64,000 bases of DNA from Felis catus (taxonomy: Eukaryota). Both the position numbers and the translations under genes were made by a program. The notes under the pieces are model-generated. The model did no database searches, was not told the DNA's origin, and worked only from the letters and a program-made list of their open reading frames with translations. The stretch is from contig NC_058368.1 of the NCBI RefSeq assembly GCF_018350175.1, positions 183,708,001 through 183,772,000 of the forward strand, given 5' to 3'. Every line of letters begins with the position of its first letter. Within the stretch, counting starts at the first letter, position 1. This document shows, piece by piece, positions 49,694 to 61,341 of this stretch.

Positions 49694-51300
49694 AAGGTAG
49701 GTTTCTGATATAATTTCTCAGTACCTTAAGCATTGGAAATCTTCAAACTGGTCTTTCTAAGGATTGTTTTCAGACTATCAGGCCAAATTTTCTCTATCAC
49801 CTACTTTATGCTATATTGTTGCTCTGGGTATTACAATCATAATTTATGCCAGTCTGTGTTGAGATGTCACTTTCATGTATTTGGTCTTAATTATTAATTG
49901 CATAAATGCCTGTTTGCATCTATTTGTCAAAGTTGATTTTTAGGTAGAGTATTACTGGTTTTTACATTTTTCTAATGCTTTCAAACAAATTTCTGTCTCA
50001 GTTATCATCACCGAGGATTTTTTCTTCTTAATTAGATTGCTGTGAATGTGCTAAAAGGTACTATCTCTCCACCTCAAGCCCCCATCTTCTCAGTTCTCTG
50101 GTTACATGGCAACATGTTCTCTAACTCTTGCTTCAGTTGCTTCAGTTTTATGACATTATCTAAGTCACACCTCTTAACTGAAAGAACCTTTTCACCAGAA
50201 AATGCAGATCCAACTAACAGTCAAAAAACCTAGATATTGAGTTACTTCCTATGAATTACATTAAGCATTTTCTTCACCTCAAAGTCACAAGTATTTTGTT
50301 TTTATTTAAATACCATAAGATACGTGTTCACCAGGGCCTTGCACTTAAGATACACTCAATGATTATGTTGACTGATAAGAAAACCCACTGACTGACAGAG
50401 GTAATGGGCACCACACATTTTCGTTTCTCAGTCTTTTAAATTGTGGCATTCAACATAAGTCTGTTAGCTGAAATAAGAATTTCTAGGCTGATGATCAGTA
50501 ATTCAATAAAGTACTAACTTCAATTGAATACATGTGTCAACACCTAATTAAGAAGGTCATCAACTCAACGAGAATTATGCTACCATCTTCATTGTGTTAT
50601 TAACAACCTCTCAAAGAGTAGCTCTTCAGTCTTTGGGGTTTGCACTGAATTCATGTTTTGAATACAATTCTTAATCCAAGATTAATTCATTTAAACTTTA
50701 CCTTTGTGTAAAACCTATCTACTTCAAGCAGGCTTTAGTGGGACTATTGGAACTCAGCGACTCTATAATGCCAAAGTGTAAAACTAAAGGATTTTAATAC
50801 AGAACATTTACATTTTATCAGAACATGTGAAAAGTCATCTTCTTCATTTGTATTTTGGTCTACCAAATTATTTAATGAAACTATTTTCTCCTGAAAATCA
50901 ATTTGCCACAAAGCTTTATTGTATATCCTGTTATATATAATACATTAGGAAATAAGAATTTCAAGTTATAATGGTTACTTCTTTTGAGAAATGTCCATTA
51001 TTATTTATAAATATTTTTAAATCTCTAACAACATACAATGAGATATAATAATAACTGTATGTGGTCAACTCCCCTAATGGTACAATGGGAAGAATGTAGA
51101 TACTGATGAAAGCTGAGAAAATGTTTCAAAAAGAAGAATTCGAAATTTTAAGATTAACAGCACTTTTATAAAAGGGTGAAATTAAAGGAAATAAAAAGTG
51201 ATCACAAGGATGAAGGATCAGCAATACGTCATTACAGAGCAGTCAGGAAACTAACTTTAGTATATCAATGAGGTGGATGACATAAAAAATTAAAATCCAG

Positions 51301-51504
51301 GAATGTCTGGGCAGCTCAGTCTGTTAAGTGTCTGACTTCAGCTCAGGTCATAATCTCGGGGTTCATGGGTTCATGACCCACATCAGGCTTTGTACTGACA
51401 GATCAGAGCCTGGAGCCTGCTTTCGATTCTGTGTCTTCTTCTTTCACTGCCCCTCCCCCACTCACACTCTGTCCCTCTCTCTCTCAAAAAAATAAACATT
51501 AAAA
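51301..51504 (+). mobile_element. Can-SINE
   Basis: Perfect TSD aaaaattaaaatccag at 51285-51300 and 51505-51520. Confidence 0.95.
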
Positions 51505-52773
51505 AAAAATTAAAATCCAGACAGATATTTTAAAAACATTATTTTGCAGATAGTAGATTCACAAAAATACACGTATTATCAATTGATAATTATGGGAATT
51601 TCTTTAGAAACTCTGAACTGTTTCTTTAGACAACTCAGTTGTTACTATCATCACTCCTCCGCTCTGTAAATGAAAATAACAATACAGTATTCGGTAGCAA
51701 TAATTTAGAGAGAAAATAATCAAATAAACTTTGAACTTTAGGTAAGAACCATAGTTAAATAAGAAGAGAACCCAGAGCAGTTAAACAAAATAAATTAAAA
51801 AAAAAAATAAAAAAGAGATGAAGAGATAGGAGAAAAACTAGGATGCAAGAGTTTTATGAAACAAAGGGAAGAAAGTATGTTTCCTCCCCTGTTTTTTTTC
51901 TTGCATAAGAATGCACACTTAAGGCTTTATCACAACTGTTATTTTTATTTCACAGTTCTTAATAGACAAGCTAACCTATAATTACCAAAGAATGACTAGG
52001 AGTAATTCTTCAGATAACAGGACACTGAAAACACATTTACACTTAACAGGAGGTGATTAGTTGGTAGAATGTGTTAGAAAAGCTGCAAATCTCATGCAAC
52101 AAATATCAATCCTCTCATTCAGGGGTTGTTTTTCATCACTGACTAAAAAATATAGTCAATTCATTAAACTTTCTTTCAAGTTCTAAAATTGTCCCAGGTG
52201 AATTATCAGGGTTTTTTTTCCCCATCATGTCACTATGGTGGGCTGATAAAGACCCAAAAACAACATTCGGTCAAATATTTACTGTCAAACAGCAATCTCT
52301 TAACATTAAAAAAAATGGGTTTTGGATTCAAAACTACATTAAAGAAACATTGTTTTTTTTTTTTGTTTTTAGTTTATTATGTGCCAAAAACTGAGGTAGG
52401 CACAAACACCCCCCCCAAAACAAAACAAAAACCCACAAAAATAAAAAACAAAAAACAAATGTATTACCATTTAGTGATAAAATTAAACAAACAACAACAA
52501 CAAAAGAACACACAAATACCAACAACACAATATGATGTGGTAAAACATTCTGGAAAGATAGAAGGGAAAGTGACTATTTTGTAAGGTGAGAAAAAGACAA
52601 ATAGTTAACTAACTTGGATCTTAAAAGAGAAGTTGTTTTCCTTTTGTTGTTGTTATTAATTTTTGTCTTTTTTTCTGAAAATAAGTAGAGGAAGGCAAAG
52701 GGGAACAAGTGTTAAGGTATGAACCCATTTTATGTTTTAGTAGCATCAAGCTTTCTATGAGATTGGAATTGAG

Positions 52774-52804
<31 letters not shown>

Positions 52805-52810
52805 CACACA
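52774..52810. repeat. (CA)n microsatellite, one interruption
   Basis: Directly visible. Confidence 0.97.
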
Positions 52811-52859
52811 AAAGGAGGTAGTAATTGATTGGTAAGGCTGTTCTACTTCAAATCGTCAC

Positions 52860-53419
52860 TGTATTAGCCAGGGTTCTCTAGAAAAAGAGAAATAATAGGA
52901 TATAGACAGATAGATTAGAAAGATGAAGGAAGGAAGGAAGGAAGGAAGGAAGGAAGGAAGGAAGGAAGGAAGGGAGGGAGGGAGGGAGGAGAGAGGGAGG
53001 GAGGAAGGGAAGAAGGGAGGAAGGAAAGGAGAGAGGAAGGGAGATTTACTATAGGAATTGACTCATGAAGTTGCAGGGATCTAAAAGTCCCATAATCTTC
53101 CCTCTACAAATTGGTATAATTCAATCCATGTCCAAAGGCCCTTGTACCAGGGGCTCTGATATTTGAACACAGGAAAAAGATGAATATCCCAGCTGAAGAC
53201 AGAGAGTGAATTTGCCCTTCCTTTGCCTTTTTGTTCTATTCAGGCCCTCAACAGATTGGATGAGGTCTACTCACATTGGTGAGGGCAGACTTCTTTATTC
53301 AGCCTACTGAATGAAATGCTAATCTCTTCCAGAAATACTCTCACTGACCACCCAGAAATAATGTTTTCCCAGCTATTAGCATTCTATAGCTCAGTTAACA
53401 CATAAAATCAACCAATACA
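52860..53419 (-). mobile_element. MLT2-type ERVL solo LTR containing (GGAA)n/(GGGA)n
   Basis: 'tgtattagccagggttctctaga...gagatttactataggaattgactcatg...gctaatctcttccagaaatactctcac...acacataaaatcaaccaataca'; 5-bp TSD gtcac/gtcgc. Confidence 0.9.
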
Positions 53420-53449
53420 GTCGCCACTAGCTCCCAGACTTTTCACAAG

Positions 53450-53740
53450 TCTGCAGCTATCCCATCATTTATGTTCCAGTTCAGATGTTGTAATTCCATT
53501 GAGATCTTCCCCAATGCCCTAATCTAAATCAAAATTGCACCTCCTCTTCACTCCTTTCACATCATCTTGTTTTACTTGCTCTCTCTTTTATTTTTACCCT
53601 ATTTTTCTTTCACCATAAAACTTATGACTTCCTGATGTTTTTTGTTACTTACATATTTATTTATTCTATGTATCTTTCTACTAAAAATATAAATTCCATA
53701 AAAGTAGGGTCCATGTATTTGTACTCACTGGAATATTCTG
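53450..53740 (+). mobile_element. L2 3' fragment
   Basis: 'ctactaaaaatataaattccataaaagtagggtccatgtatttgtactcactg'. Confidence 0.65.
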
Positions 53741-54186
53741 AGGGAGTAAGTTAGAGATGTATCTCATATGTGCATGAAAGCAACAGATGAGCACACAATA
53801 TTTGAACGATCATTTAGGAGAGTGATTATTTTAAAAATAAGAAAGCATATAATCCTAAATCAGTATCAAACGCTTAAAGAATGAAAGAAATAATGATTAT
53901 CCAAAGATCACAGTCTCATTCAGGAGGGGTTAATTTTCTATTATGTATATACATATAATATTTATTCAAAAAATAAGACTAATGCATTTATTTTCAGAAT
54001 TAAAAAAGATAAAGTTTGAGAAAAATGAAAGTTATTATAGGGAAAGCAAAAAAAGACTTGATGCTGAAAGTTTAAATTCCAAGTCTTCTTTTCAAGTTTC
54101 AAAAAAATTAGTTACCTATTAATTTCTTAATGGATCAAAGAATTTTTCTCCTACCACCCCCAATACCCATTAATAAAAATCATGTA

Positions 54187-54396
54187 GGGGCGCCTGGGTG
54201 GCACAGTCGGTTAAGCGTCCGACTTCAGCCAGGTCACGATCTCGCGGTCTGTGAGTTCGAGCCCCGCGTCAGGTTCTGGGCTGATGGCTCGGAGCCTGGA
54301 GCCTGTTTCCAATTCTGTGTCTCCCTCTCTCTCTGCCCCTCCCCCGTTCATGCTCTGTCTCTCTCTGTCCCAAAAATAAATAAACGTTGAAAAAAA
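54187..54396 (+). mobile_element. Young felid Can-SINE (SINEC_Fc-like)
   Basis: Near consensus; perfect TSD aataaaaatcatgta at 54172-54186 and 54397-54411. Confidence 0.97.
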
Positions 54397-54494
54397 AATA
54401 AAAATCATGTAATTATCTATATTAGACTACCAGAAAAAGAGCTGTTTCTTTAGTATCTGCCTTACAATTCTGTAATTATCTTTCAAGACTCATT

Positions 54495-54685
54495 TTTTTA
54501 ACCTTTTTTTCATTCATTTTTGAGAGGGGGGAGGGGCAGAGAGAGAGGGAGACACAGCATATAAAGCAGGCTCCAGGCTCTGAGCTGTCAGCACAGAGCC
54601 CGATGTCGGGCTCAAACCCACTAACCATGAGATCATGGTCTGGGCTGAAGTTGGGCACTAAACCGACAGAGCCACCTAGGCGCCC
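54495..54685 (-). mobile_element. Can-SINE
   Basis: Perfect TSD caagactcatt at 54484-54494 and 54685-54695. Confidence 0.95.
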
Positions 54686-54714
54686 AAGACTCATTCTGAA
54701 GAGAGATTGGTCCC

Positions 54715-55522
54715 CCAGTATTTGAAGGTTTCAAAACATGTGTGCAAGTTCTCTGATACTTCTTCTATCAGAAGGTAAAGTCTACGCTCCCACCTTCCCT
54801 TGAATCTGGGTGGGTTTGTAATTTGCTTTCAACTAATACAAGGGGCAGCAGCAACACTGTAAGATTTCTGTAGCGAAGTCACAGAAACCAATGCAGTTTC
54901 TGTCTTATTCACCCTACCACTCACTTGCACAACTCTGAAATGACAGGTAAGGATCTAACCAATGTGAAGAAGCTATGCTATGAAGAAGCCTAAGACACAT
55001 GAAAACACCACAGGTAGATACACCATTTGAGAATCCAGGTTAAGGTCCAAGCTGATATTTAAAATGAACTGCCAGATTTGTGAATGAAAACAACTCCAGG
55101 TGAAACTGTACATTCACCTCCAAGTGTTAAGTCTCTCCAACTCAGGCCCCAGTCATCACTAAACAGTGAAAATCTATGTCTGCTATGGCTTCCCTAAAAT
55201 TTTTTAAATTGTTTTTTAATGTTTATTTATTTTTGAAAAAGACAGAGCATAAGCAGGACAGGGGCAGAGAGAGAGTGAGACACAGAATCTGAAGCAGGTT
55301 CCAGGCTTGGAGCTGTCAGCACAGAGCCCAAGGTGGGGCTCAAACCCATGAACCACGATATCATGACTTGAGCTGAAGTCAGATGCTTAACCAACTGAGC
55401 CATCCAGGTGCTCCAGATTTCCTTAAAATTTTAACTCAGAGAATCGGTGAGGCTAACAAAACTGTTGCTTTAAGTCGCTAAGTATTAGAATAACTGTTAG
55501 GCAATAACAGTAATCACTATGC
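54715..55522 (+). mobile_element. MLT1F/G/H-like MaLR solo LTR with nested SINE
   Basis: 'ttctctgatacttcttctatcagaagg...cccttgaatctggg...gctatgctatgaagaagcc...tgttgctttaagtcgctaagt'. Confidence 0.75.
55204..55414 (-). mobile_element. Can-SINE nested in MLT1
   Basis: Typical body; flanked by ttcc(c/t)taaaatttt. Confidence 0.94.
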
Positions 55523-56496
55523 AAAGACCAGAAGTTTCAGCAGCATGAACAAGAGATTCCCCTATGTATGGAATAAAAACCGGTAATCCTTCAGGAAAAA
55601 TCTCCATCACAAGAGCTTATTCTCAAATAACCAGTTAGTCGCTGTTAAAGAGGATTCTACTTGTCCTGGAAGAACCCTAACACTTGGAAATTCTAAAAAA
55701 TATTTACCATACTGGGTAGTATCGTGCTCTGTCAAGTCAAGAACTCTACAGAAACTTTATGTGTTTAAGGACTTTAAAACTGGGTCTGTCTTTTCTATTT
55801 ACCTTAAGCTAGTCATTGTGAACAGGTACACTATTTTATTCTGAATATTTTTGCCTTTAAAATAGGCCTTACAAGCATGGGGAATGGCTGTGTAAAACAG
55901 GCAAGCAAGCAAACAAGTCACAAGAGAAGATAACCTCTTTCTCATCAGAACTATTTCAATCTAGAGAGCATGTTTTTCTGACGGTTTGTATGACTGCTCG
56001 AATTACTTAGGCCAAGTCTGTGTACAAAGGTATTTGGATGAGATGAAAAATATCAATGAAATTTCCAATTAGAATTGCTTCATTTATGAAAGGTAACACT
56101 TATTTTTACCCAAAGGTTGTCCCTAAAAAAGATAGCTAAGTTTTAGTGCAGACTGTACATAGTCATGAAGAATGAAAAATTATCCATTTAACTTAGACAA
56201 TGTAGCTAGGTATTCTACATGACAGTCTATGTCTCCCAGCAAATTAGAATGTTCTTTTTCCTAAAAGCATATACAAATCACTAGATTGCAAAGATTATTT
56301 TGTGTTAGCACATTATTCCCAAACATTAATAGACATTGGTTATAACCTCAGTATTATTTTGTCTTAAATAAATTCTACTTGGATTTTGTCATGTAAATTG
56401 GAAAATATGCCATCTTTAATGAACATTTAATTCACTTAAATGACTAGATTGTGAATTCTCTGCAATATGCTTAAGGTACATTAACAATTCTACAGA

Positions 56497-56860
56497 ACAA
56501 TGTTGACCAATAGAAATAAAATGTGACCACAATAAAGAATTTTAAATTTGCTAGTAGCCACATTTTAAAAAGTAAAAATAAACTGGTAAAATTAATTACT
56601 TCTATACATGTATATATTTATATATTTATATTTTAAATATAAATAATTATATATTTAATTTTTAATTATATATGTAATTAACCCTAATATGTCCAAATAT
56701 TATCATTTCAACCTGTAATGTATATACATACATATATACATATTTTGCTGTACTAAGTCTTTGAAATAGATTATTTTACAGCACATCTCAGTGTGAGATA
56801 CAAGCCTTGTTTCAAATGTTCAATAGTCACATGTGACTAGTGTCAACTAGTTGGAGAGCT
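56497..56860. mobile_element. MER33-like relic (opposite orientation to the 38330 copy)
   Basis: 'ccaatagaaataaaatgtgaccac...tagtagccacatttt...acagcacatctcag...tttcaaatgttcaatagtcacatgtgactagtg'. Confidence 0.8.
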
Positions 56861-57169
56861 ATAGAATATTACCCACAGTGGAGTTAATCCCAGGTTCTGT
56901 GCATGTTTATCTGTTTCATTTTTCCCCTTTATGGCAAGGCTCTAATTATTTCAAGAACCTCGAATAAAAGTAAATATATTTGATTGTATCCTTTTATGGA
57001 AGTTATTTATTATTTAAAATAAATCTTTATTTCTTCCCATTAGTTTCAATGCCAAATACTGATATGCTACCCTAATTCAATATGCAGATGTAATCAGTTT
57101 TCCAAAACTGGTGAGAAAAAGATTGAATGTAATAAATAATTCTTTTGGCTGAATTATCAGCTGTGCAGA

Positions 57170-57445
57170 GAAACCTTCTCTAACCACCTTCTTTGGTGTT
57201 CCCACCCTCCATCCCACCAGACACTCCATCATGTAATCCTGCTTAATTTTTTTCATGTTTCATATAACTATTGACAATTTACGAACATTATTTAAATCAG
57301 TTTACCCGTTCATTGTTTATCTCTGCTACTATAATCTAGGTTCTTTGAGAGCAAGCACATTTTTTTCCGTGAAGCACCAATGATGCTCATTGCTTAGAAG
57401 AGTGCATAGCACAATGGAAGTGTTCAATAAATACTTGTTCACTGC
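57170..57445 (+). mobile_element. L2 3' end
   Basis: 'ttctttgagagcaag...gcttagaagagtgcatagcaca...gtgttcaataaatacttgtt'. Confidence 0.75.
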
Positions 57446-58379
57446 ATTTTAAAAACATAGATAAATCAGCTAAAATGCTATTTAGAGAGCTTCACCTAAA
57501 AGTCACTGGCTTCTTAAGATCTTTCTAGGAGGTATTAAAATCTTCTAGAAAGTAGTACAATTTTTATAGTGTAATTCATATGGTGGAAGGTCTCCTTTAA
57601 AAACAAGAAGTTCAGAAATGGAAAACATCTCATTTCTGATTAGGATAAGAGAAAAGCTTATCCTTCCTCCCCAAAATATCATCTACAGTCTACTTAATAC
57701 AATGCTATTAATCCAACATACAAACATGTTTCTTTCTCGTTATTAAAAAAGCCTCTCAAATTTAATTAAAGTCAATAAAGAAATTAAAAGCTTAATGAGA
57801 GCAAGAATCCTCTGAGTGTGTTCATGCTGTTATCAGCCTGTGATGCTGTAAAAGATAGGATTATGATTTCATTACCAGACAACCAAAAGAAGAGGAAGGA
57901 TAACAAGGAGAGCTGTGAAAGACCTCCTGGTGAGAGAAATCTTGGAGTGAAAAATTGTTGTGCTTAATCAAGTCAAGGGAGAAATTAAATACAAAAGGGA
58001 TAGCTTCTAAACATAACCACCTATTGCTTAATGCAAAATAATTTGGGAAAATAAGGAAAAATAATTTGAGATTGATCTAAACAAGATTCCTATTCAATGT
58101 AAAATTTTGTGGGAAACTCTGAGATAATGCCCACCATCTCTTCCCACGTAATCTCAAGAAATTACAATTGGCCTGGATCAGAATATAAGTAATTTTTTTA
58201 TTATTTACTTTAAAAATAAGTATTATATGAACTAGAAATTTACTGCAAAATTCTAACATTTCGCACCCAGATTAACAGAGAACCAACCCTTCATCAGATG
58301 TCAAAAGCTTCCACAACTATGGTCAAAAGAGAGGTGTATGGGTACAATACTGGACTTTTCCTGCTTCCCACTGCCTTCA

Positions 58380-59035
58380 CAAGTAGTACAGAGGGTACCC
58401 CACACACCAAAAAGTTCTCACCACTTCTCCCTTCTATAAAACCACTACCCCCACACCCTCTGTTCTGGCTTATTTCAGATCATCATAAAAACCTCCTGAC
58501 ATTGTTCTCAATTCCCACACTTTCACCCCTTTAGACTCTGCACAGCTCCTGTTTACCCCCCGTCTCAGCTTTCCACAGTTCCTAAAACTTGCCCACTGTG
58601 CTCTGTGCAATTCACAATTTATCATCTTCAAAGTCCCCAGTATCTTGAAACCTGACTCTGAATGTTCCCTTCCTCATCTTGCTCAAAGGAGCCCTGGATC
58701 TTCTCTGAGAAAAGTGTTTTCCCAATGGATCATTTTATGTTTTTCCCCGTCTTTCCTCGCACGCTTGAGACTATACTGGGTATACTGGGACAAGTGTCCT
58801 CTTTATGGCTCATCTCCAGTTCTAGATTATTCCCTCTTCTTTCTCTCTGAATTGCTCTAGCTTTGAATCATGTCATCAGATATTACCGCATACCACTCGA
58901 GAGTCAGCTCCTATCCCTCGTGTTATTCCTCTTCATTTATTGAAGATTTTAGTTTCTATTTCATTCACTCTCTCAAAGATCTCACAAATCTTAGAGCTAT
59001 CAATTTATAGGAGGTGATTCTTCCAACATTCTAAT
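58380..59035 (+). mobile_element. L2 internal (endonuclease-region) fragment
   Basis: C/T-rich; 'ctctgaatgttcccttcctcatcttgctc', 'ctagctttgaatcatgtcatcag', 'attgaagattttag'. Confidence 0.6.
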
Positions 59036-59969
59036 TTCATGTAAATGACAATAAAATTTCCAAATTCACAAGTTCAAATTTATTTTCTGGTGATGTACAT
59101 ACATATTTAGGGAGAGAGAGGGAGTGGAAGGGAGAGGAGGGGAGAAGAGAAAATGGAACAAAGAAGAGAGAAGACTGTTTTCTTTTAAAATTTTTGAATG
59201 TGAATCTTATATGATTTCTTAATAATTCCTTAAAACTCAGCAAATGTCTTTTTTTTAGTCTCCCAGTCTTGACCTTCAACTCTACAAGTTTTCTATGATA
59301 GAGCAGTATTTTACTATTTGTAGTCATATACATACATGCACATATAAATACATATACACACATAATATATACACATTTGATTATACTTTTGGGTTACTCA
59401 CAACAATCTCCTTCCCACATGGTTATCTTGCAAAATATTGGTTTTTTTCCTCAGAGTTTAAGGTCAGATGAGTGGAGGTAAGATACCAGGTCAGCATGTA
59501 CACCTCATCAGAGGAATGCAGATTATTAGATTAGTAACAAATGCTATAAAACATACCCTGACACTTTGGTGTGCCATAGCCCAGCAAATTAGAAGGGTGT
59601 CCTTAGTTCTTAAGGAAAATACTATAGTTCCAATCCTTTACAAGTTGATCTATGAATGTAAACCTGGCACTCATTTCAATACATATAGGTAGTAAATAAA
59701 CCAAAGGTTTATTTCCAATCCACAAAAATTACAAAAGGAAGAGAACATGATGAGGAAACCATATGTTTCTTAGATACACTAAGCAAGGTTACTAATTTCA
59801 GAGATGTACCAGCATTAACCATAACAACAACAACAACAATAATAGTAAGGATGCTTACATACATCAATAAAAAGAAATTATTTAATTTCCTTTTAACTTA
59901 CTCTGTATCTCCGTCTTGCCTTGATTTAGCTAATTCTTGGTTTTCATCTACTCAGGGATATCACTGTCG

Positions 59970-60186
59970 ACATCAGTTTTGCTGCCATCGACCTTCCCTG
60001 TGGCAACCATCATTTTGTTCTATCTATTTAAGAATCTTTGTTACTTGTTGTTTTGTTCTTTTATCCATTTGTTCAGTTTGTTATTCATTTGTTTTGTTTT
60101 TTAGATTACCCATATCAGTGAAATCATATGGTATTTGTCTTTCTCTGACTTATTTTACTTGGTATAATACCCTCTAGGTCTACCAA
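59970..60186 (-). mobile_element. Short carnivore L1 3'UTR fragment
   Basis: 'ttttagattacccatatcagtgaaatcatatggtatttgtctttctctgacttatttt...taataccctctaggtc'. Confidence 0.85.
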
Positions 60187-60559
60187 CATTTCTACTATTT
60201 ACAAGACAAATTTTGAATCAAGTGATTAATAAGCACCTAAATAATTAAAACTAGCTTATATTCCATTTCAAAAATTTTATTCATTTTGCTAGACATGTGT
60301 CAAATATGCATGACTAAGTTGGAACTAGGGAATCAGTTATCCAGGATCACATTCAGATATCCCAGGATCAGTGATCCGTGAGGTTTTCTGAAATGGAATT
60401 TGTGTTTAAACATTGTTTCTGGACTTTGGGTAAGTTTCCTGTTCATTTTCTCCTTTACATAATTTTCAAATTTTGAGTTTCAGGCTATCTACTCCATAGG
60501 AGTTTGATATCTGACATTGCTAAATGAGATTTAAAGTTCCAGTACCTTCTTAATAATAA

Positions 60560-60940
60560 CAACCTAGAGCAAATAATTTTCCTGCTCTCAGACTTCCTTG
60601 ACTATAAAATGGAGCTTGGGGCACCTGGGTGGCGCAGTCGGTTAAGCGTCCGACTTCAGCCAGGTCACGATCTCGCGGTCCATGAGTTCGAGCCCCGCAT
60701 CAGGCTATGGGCTGATGACTCAGAGCCTGGAGCCTGTTTCCGATTCTGTGTCTCCCTCTCTCTCTGCCCCTCCCCCATTCATGGTCTGTCTCTCTCTGTC
60801 CCAAAAATAAATAAACGTTGAAAATAAAATGGAGCTAATACCTACCTCTTAGGTTTACTATGAGGATAAATGGAAACGTTTCTTTGAAGCAATCTAGCCT
60901 ACTGACTAATACATAATAGGTGATCATTATATTGGTCAAT
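60560..60940 (+). mobile_element. MIR split by a young SINE
   Basis: 'ctcagacttccttgactataaaatggagct|aatacctacctcttagg...tatgaggataaatg'. Confidence 0.7.
60618..60823 (+). mobile_element. Young felid Can-SINE with very short A tail
   Basis: Near consensus; perfect TSD ataaaatggagct at 60604-60616 and 60824-60836. Confidence 0.97.
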
Positions 60941-61113
60941 AAGCCATCCATCCATTCAACAAAATTCTAGTATAGGTCAGATGTTTGTCAATAAGTAAGC
61001 ATTCTAGCACCCCTAGAAGTACCTTCTAGTGATAAGGACAGTCAACAAAGGTATAAACAAATAACAATCTGGTGGTGATAGGTACTATAATAAAATAAGC
61101 CAGGTTATGTTTC

Positions 61114-61116
61114 AAA

Positions 61117-61147
<31 letters not shown>

Positions 61148-61149
61148 AT
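61114..61149. repeat. (AAAT)n microsatellite
   Basis: Directly visible. Confidence 0.95.
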
Positions 61150-61302
61150 CAGATTAATGGGAAAAAAGAACGTAAAGAGGAGCAATCTACTTTTTCTCAT
61201 CCCTTCGTATATTGGACATTGTATCTGAAAACACAGATAATGTCATACAATAAACATGTTATGATAGTTTTTATAAAGTTTTGGTTGATTGTATGTTCTT
61301 AC

Positions 61303-61341
61303 CATAAGAAGTTCTTCTTAAGATCCCAAAAGATGATTTCC
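61303..61341 (-). other. Candidate 39-nt internal exon of an unidentified minus-strand host gene
   Basis: Branch-like ttctaat, long T-rich tract ending catcag, then ggaaatc...cttatg|gtaaga; length divisible by 3; two open frames. Confidence 0.35.

Noticed and set aside
52189..52584. Longest ORF in the track (131 aa)
   Set aside because: Non-ATG start; runs through A/C- and T-rich low-complexity sequence; no protein resemblance
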